This document shows, piece by piece, positions 59,030-64,000 of a DNA stretch of 64,000 bases. The position numbers were made by a program, and so were the translations under genes. Each line of letters begins with the position of its first letter. The stretch's first letter is position 1. Source of the stretch: Nitrospirota bacterium (GTDB lineage Bacteria; Nitrospirota; UBA9217); NCBI GenBank assembly GCA_963751455.1, contig CAVVUN010000015.1, forward strand, positions 1,312,001-1,376,000. The letters are read 5' to 3'. The notes below the pieces were generated by a model. That model did no database searches. It was not told the origin of the DNA and saw only the letters and a list, made by a program, of their open reading frames with translations.

Positions 59030-62000
59030 ATGCGTGTAAAGACCTTCTTTCGTTTTTTAAGAATCGTCTCGGCAGTGGTATTATTTTTCTTCGTTTGGAC
59101 TTTCAGCGAAATCTGGCAAGCAGTGGCTTGGGCGGCTGCGCCGGCGCAGGTTAAGACGACGCAGGCCCGGAGCGAAAAGCCGAAACCGGCATCCGCTGCG
59201 GAGCAATTCGAGGCAGCGCTTGAGGGGCTGATGGAACGAATCGGCAAAACCGGCGAAAAGGCCGCGCGCAATGAAGACATCACCGAAGATCTCGGACAGC
59301 TCAAAACCGTTAAAGCCGCTATCGAAGCGCTCGATGGGGAATTGAGAAAAGAATTTTCAAACACGGAAAAGCGCCTCATTGATTCAAAGCTCCCAAAAGA
59401 AATACTCGCCAGACATGCTGCATTCGTGAAAAATTGTGAGAACAATCTTTCCCAGCTTAAAACCGAAATAGATGACCTCGACAAGGCAAAGACTAAGGCA
59501 GACCGCAAGTCGAAGATCGAAAAGGTTCGTCTGCACCTCGAAAAAACCAAAGCCCCGTCGCGTCATCAAAAACTCGACCCCGAAAATTTACCGTTCAGGG
59601 CAAGGAAGGCCGCAAAAGCCCGCGAACCGCGACTTAAAAAGGAAGACTTCAAAGAGTTCGGGCCGCAGAAGCGCACGAATTTGGCCGCAGATGAACACAG
59701 ATTGACACAGATTGCTTCGGGGATGCAAGATGCAGGATTTAGGATGCATGATAAAAATATTTCATATAGATCCGTTCAAAAGCCTCTCCTCCTCGCCTAT
59801 AACGCAGAGACCGCCACCGACGCTCCTCTGTCTTTTTATCAAAAACCCGAAACTCGAAACGCTGAACTCGAACCGTTTTCTACTATCGCTTTCTCCGAAC
59901 CAATTTTGAATATTGAATCCGGCACTTTGAATTTGGCGCAAGCCGTAGGCGCGCCAACTGCAGACGATCTCGCGCAAACGCCTGATGTTCAGTTTACTTC
60001 TGAAATCCGTGCGAAGGCTCAGGAACTCGGATACAATCCGGTCAAAATCTACGAGTATGTCAGGAACAACATTGAATATGCCCCTCTATACGGGTCCATC
60101 CAGGGAGCAGACCAGTGCCTTCAGTCGAAGATTTGCAATGATTTCGATACGGCGTCCATTCTAATCGCCCTTCTTCGAGTATCGGGCATATCAGCGAGAT
60201 ATGTATATGGAACAGTCGATATCCCTATGGAACAGGCAATGAACTGGGTTGGCGGCGTGACCGACCCCAAGATGGTCGGAACGATCCTCGCTACAAATGG
60301 GGTTCCCGTCACGCTCCTTAAGACCAGCTCTGGTGTCTACAAATACGTGAGGATGGAGCGTGTCCTCGTCAGCGCATTCATCGACTATATCCCAAGCCGC
60401 GGGGCGGTCCACAAACAGGGTGATACATGGATTCCGCTCGATCCGAGCTTCAAACAATACGACTTCAAACATGGTATGGATTTGTATACCGCAATGGGGA
60501 TTAATGGCGAGCAATATCTTCAGAGTTACATTACGGACACATCGTCTCTTACAATCCCAACAGAATTACAAGCATCATTTCCAGCATATACCATAAGCCC
60601 GTATCAATATTACAGCAAAAGGCTGTTCAATTACCTCGACACTAATTTTCCTTCCGCAACTTATCAGGACGTATTTGGTGCAGACACGATTGAGGCTTCA
60701 AGAGCAATAATCAAGAAAGAATATCCGTATCTTATGGGTACTCTGCCCTACAGCGTAGTTACGCAAGGCGCATCATTCGCATTCATCCCGGACAGTCTTA
60801 GACACAAAGTAAATTTCCTGATTGGAGACACGACCTTATCTGACGCAAGCTTAACCTACACGGCAAGCTTGCCCGAAATCGCCGGTAAAAGAATAACCCT
60901 CTCATCTGTTCCTGCGACGGCATCAGATGAGTCACTCGTGAACCAGTATGGTACAATGCTGAACGTTCCGCCATATCTTCTCTCTGTGAAAATGGCGTTG
61001 AAAATCAATGGGATTGCCGTGGCGACTGGTAGCCCTGCTGGTCTCGGCAAGGTGCAGACATTTAACATGAGTTTCACCATCCCCAACATAGGAACGGAAA
61101 TCGTTATAAACACGGTAACTGCGGGAGATTACTCAGCAATTCCAATTATCTCCTGCAACGTTCCCTTTACTTTGGTAGGGGATAAAATGGAAACTCTTAT
61201 CAACAACATCGGAAGCTCTGATCTCGATGATCTGTTAGGCCAGATGCTTTACAACGTCGGAGTATCGTACTTCCATCATCTTAATTTTGAGGAAGAGCTG
61301 TATGCCAAGAACTTCAAGATGATCATAACCAAGGGTCTCTCAGAGGCTATCGTAACCTCTCACGCTGAAACCGATTCGCTTTGGGGTGTGCCATATAAAA
61401 TCTCAGAAGGCGGAATAGGGATCGATGTAGGCAAGAATGAATACTTCCCCTTCCCTTACGACGGCAGCAGCAATCGGGCACGCGATTTCATGATAGTATC
61501 AGGCCTCGGCAGCTCAGCATGGGAAGATAGAGTGCTTCAAGCTTTCTATGATGTACCGTCCGTCTCGGCAGCACGACTTCTCAGATATGCCAGTCAGCAA
61601 GGCGTGCTGATTTACACAATTGATGGAACTAACATTAGCGATATTCTGCCGCAACTTCTGGTTTCTTCACAAGTACTAGACGATATTAAAAATGCTGTGA
61701 ATGCCAGCAAAAAAGTAATCATCTCGAAAACCGGTGTCCAATATGAGGGGATGGACAGTATAGGCTATATTGTGCTCGATCCGGGAACAGGAGCGGCTGG
61801 TTATATGATTAGCGGTGGGCTCGCAGGGGGCATGAGCAGCCAGCCAGATGATATGTCGGTAAGAGATATTACTCAATATTTGCGTGATGGATCAGCACTC
61901 AGAACAATTTATGGAAGATCGATGGTTGTTATGTATGCTTTAGCACAATTAGGCACTCCGTATCGTACCGGGTTTGAAGACCCCGGTCCCATGGGTGGGG

Positions 62001-62380
62001 CAGATCCAGACAAGGGGTTTGATTGCTCGGGGCTCATATATTATTTATTCACGACTGTTTACAATAAACATATTTTTGGACCTGAGAGATTATGGACAGT
62101 AGACCGTCAACATAGATATTTATTGGAAAAGAAAATGACTCATCTTTATGAGGAAAAACTCGACGGCGATATACTGTGGAGCGATAACTACGGCCATACT
62201 GGAATATATTATGGCATTCATGCACTTCTGCCAGGGGAAACTCTTGTTACAGACTCTGTAATTCACGCAAATCGCGGCAAATGGTTTAGCGCGGTTATTA
62301 TTACATCTACAAATAACGCAGCCTTTACGGGTGCGCCAAGTGGCAGTCGTATGCCTGATATAGGAAGACCAGTTCCTTAA
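59030..62380 (+). CDS. Large secreted transglutaminase-like protein with C-terminal NlpC/P60 domain (candidate polymorphic toxin)
   Basis: Signal peptide; IYEYVRNNIEY...GS.QGA...CNDFDTASILIALLRVSGI.ARY...W.PLDPS; junction GYIVLDPGTGAAGYMISGGLAGG; tip LGTPY...GFDCSGL...GHTGIY...VIHA; start at ATG 59030 after ggag. Confidence 0.82.
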   Translation: MRVKTFFRFLRIVSAVVLFFFVWTFSEIWQAVAWAAAPAQVKTTQARSEKPKPASAAEQFEAALEGLMERIGKTGEKAARNEDITEDLGQLKTVKAAIEALDGELRKEFSNTEKRLIDSKLPKEILARHAAFVKNCENNLSQLKTEIDDLDKAKTKADRKSKIEKVRLHLEKTKAPSRHQKLDPENLPFRARKAAKAREPRLKKEDFKEFGPQKRTNLAADEHRLTQIASGMQDAGFRMHDKNISYRSVQKPLLLAYNAETATDAPLSFYQKPETRNAELEPFSTIAFSEPILNIESGTLNLAQAVGAPTADDLAQTPDVQFTSEIRAKAQELGYNPVKIYEYVRNNIEYAPLYGSIQGADQCLQSKICNDFDTASILIALLRVSGISARYVYGTVDIPMEQAMNWVGGVTDPKMVGTILATNGVPVTLLKTSSGVYKYVRMERVLVSAFIDYIPSRGAVHKQGDTWIPLDPSFKQYDFKHGMDLYTAMGINGEQYLQSYITDTSSLTIPTELQASFPAYTISPYQYYSKRLFNYLDTNFPSATYQDVFGADTIEASRAIIKKEYPYLMGTLPYSVVTQGASFAFIPDSLRHKVNFLIGDTTLSDASLTYTASLPEIAGKRITLSSVPATASDESLVNQYGTMLNVPPYLLSVKMALKINGIAVATGSPAGLGKVQTFNMSFTIPNIGTEIVINTVTAGDYSAIPIISCNVPFTLVGDKMETLINNIGSSDLDDLLGQMLYNVGVSYFHHLNFEEELYAKNFKMIITKGLSEAIVTSHAETDSLWGVPYKISEGGIGIDVGKNEYFPFPYDGSSNRARDFMIVSGLGSSAWEDRVLQAFYDVPSVSAARLLRYASQQGVLIYTIDGTNISDILPQLLVSSQVLDDIKNAVNASKKVIISKTGVQYEGMDSIGYIVLDPGTGAAGYMISGGLAGGMSSQPDDMSVRDITQYLRDGSALRTIYGRSMVVMYALAQLGTPYRTGFEDPGPMGGADPDKGFDCSGLIYYLFTTVYNKHIFGPERLWTVDRQHRYLLEKKMTHLYEEKLDGDILWSDNYGHTGIYYGIHALLPGETLVTDSVIHANRGKWFSAVIITSTNNAAFTGAPSGSRMPDIGRPVP

Positions 62381-62397
62381 TCAAAGGAGAAATTATT

Positions 62398-63384
62398 ATG
62401 GTTATCAGAATTATTATTAGCGTGCTGCTAATGTTGGCATGCGCAACATCTTCAAGGGCAGAAGAGTTTTCCGTCAGAAAGGTCATACTATCTCGATTTA
62501 AAGTAAAAAACGACGTGATAGTAGATTTGCCAAAGATGTCACCCTATTGGCCTGAGGTAAATAGAGGTATTCTCGCCATAGATAATCAGGGGCGGATATA
62601 TATTTTGAATTTATGGAATAATGAAATTCTCGTTTTTAACGATCAGGGGAAGTTGCGAGATAAAATTAGTTTGCCAATGAGATTGTATAGATTTGAACAT
62701 ATGAATGGAGAAATAGAAGTCTCTGGTGATGGTAAACGATTATTTGTGGAAGGATATGACCAATCCAATAAAATGAATCAAATTCTTTTAGATCAAAATG
62801 GCAAAATTGTTAGGCAATTTATTAGTGATAATGAAATCATTTGGAACTTTCCTGATGCTCGCCTTTGTAATAAGCCTTATTATCTCTTCAAAAAAGGTGG
62901 TCTTCTTTATGATGAGAATTTTTATAAATTAAGCGGTCAGTATCAAGGATTTGTCGACTCAGAAGGAAAATATACATTTGATTTCGAGAAACGGCTGCTG
63001 ATTAAGCTTCGACAGGATGGTGGGAGAATATGGGAGAAACAGTTTAACACTAATATTGAAATCGTCGGTCTTGATGCAAACAGTTTCCTTTATATTGTTA
63101 CACGTCTAAAAAATGACGATCCTGATTATTTATATAAACTCAATTCAAAGGGTAAAATTCTGGCAAAGGTTCCCATTCCTAAACCATTTCCCCTTCTGAC
63201 ACAAGAAGAAAAGGAAGACTTTTATGCGCTGATATCTGAGGAGCCGTTTGCCTCTTTCAAGCTTACTTGCAATGGCGACGTATATTTGATATTTCGTCTT
63301 AACAAATTGCCTGAGCCTGCATTCAAACGTTGGCTAAAGGGCGGAGAATATTTTATTTATAAATTCGAGACACTTGGTAAATAG
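62398..63384 (+). CDS. Exported beta-propeller-like protein, putative immunity protein
   Basis: Starts 17 nt after the toxin-like gene, SD aaggag, signal peptide, AT-rich, AID.QG.IYIL...N.EI.VF..QG repeats. Confidence 0.7.
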   Translation: MVIRIIISVLLMLACATSSRAEEFSVRKVILSRFKVKNDVIVDLPKMSPYWPEVNRGILAIDNQGRIYILNLWNNEILVFNDQGKLRDKISLPMRLYRFEHMNGEIEVSGDGKRLFVEGYDQSNKMNQILLDQNGKIVRQFISDNEIIWNFPDARLCNKPYYLFKKGGLLYDENFYKLSGQYQGFVDSEGKYTFDFEKRLLIKLRQDGGRIWEKQFNTNIEIVGLDANSFLYIVTRLKNDDPDYLYKLNSKGKILAKVPIPKPFPLLTQEEKEDFYALISEEPFASFKLTCNGDVYLIFRLNKLPEPAFKRWLKGGEYFIYKFETLGK

Positions 63385-63642
63385 TAAAGGATATGGTTTT
63401 TTATGGCTATGGTGCTACCTGTACCTTAATTTGTTTCATTATGGCATTAATCTTAAGGAAAATTAACATCAAAGGAAAAACGACAACCATTAATCTTCGA
63501 TTCACAAGATAACGTTTAATACTTGGTGCGGCAAACAGAGCTAGGGATCATACGTGCTGACTAAGCGATTGAGGCGTGGTATCAATGCAAAATCTTACAA
63601 GTTTCGGCATGTAGTGCTCACTGTCTGAGACCCGGAGGAGCT

Positions 63643-64000
63643 ATGCGGAAAAGATCACTAAGCTGTATCGTTTTCATCATCTTCTCTATCGTTAGTTCTT
63701 CAGTCTTCGCCCAATCTCCGCAAATATCGACCGGCCTTACCTGGCTCTACTCTGCTCAAACATCGAGCGGTAACTGGCCGGAAGTGGCGACCACCGATTA
63801 TTACTCCACTACCACAGCGCTTGATGCGGTTTATGCACTCGATTCCTCAAGCCCGGCATACTCTGCGGGCTTCCAGTGGATGACCGGCCAGATCTTTTCT
63901 CCGGTGGATTATCTCTCACGCCGGGTCATTGCACTCACGCGTTCAGGGCAGGATATATCAACCGAATTATCCGGACTTATTCTTTATCACAATTCCGATG
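63643..64000 (+). CDS. Secreted protein with prenyltransferase/squalene-oxidase-like repeats, N-terminal part (runs off the window)
   Basis: SD ggagga; MRKRSLSCIVFIIFSIVSSSVFA-QSPQISTGLTWLYSAQTSSGNW...AGFQWM...DYLSRRVIAL; G..WL...Q...G.W repeat; open to the window end. Confidence 0.7.
   Translation, partial: MRKRSLSCIVFIIFSIVSSSVFAQSPQISTGLTWLYSAQTSSGNWPEVATTDYYSTTTALDAVYALDSSSPAYSAGFQWMTGQIFSPVDYLSRRVIALTRSGQDISTELSGLILYHNSD

Overview
Bacterial chromosomal window of moderately high GC; the gene content (OmcA/MtrC-type and Geobacter-type multiheme cytochromes, selenoproteins, gltB, GH57 branching enzyme) suggests an anaerobic Nitrospirota/Desulfobacterota-like organism (inference). Core or metabolic genes alternate with accessory blocks. 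(1) About 8.9-16.9 kb is an AT-richer cassette-like region with two attC-like hairpins but no integrase, a TumE-like toxin-antitoxin pair and a nested stack of inverted-repeat-flanked RAYT/Y1 transposase copies. (2) An arsenic-resistance operon is followed by a 59-bp tandem array and two convergent genes with in-frame TGA codons and SECIS-like hairpins (HesB-like and ExtKL-like selenoproteins), both split by the ORF track. (3) A 3.7-kb islet (AAA ATPase, AbrB-PIN pair, ISH6 element) is bounded by a 42-bp duplication of a gene 3' end. (4) The right end holds a candidate polymorphic-toxin locus: a secreted transglutaminase-like carrier with an NlpC/P60 tip, a putative immunity gene and a secreted prenyltransferase-repeat protein. 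Intergenic spaces carry several families of nested palindromic REP/MITE-like repeats, some apparently inserted in frame in coding genes. Three single-base frameshifts (OmcA-like cytochrome, fabF, glcD-like) look like sequencing or assembly errors. No rRNA, tRNA or CRISPR array was recognised.
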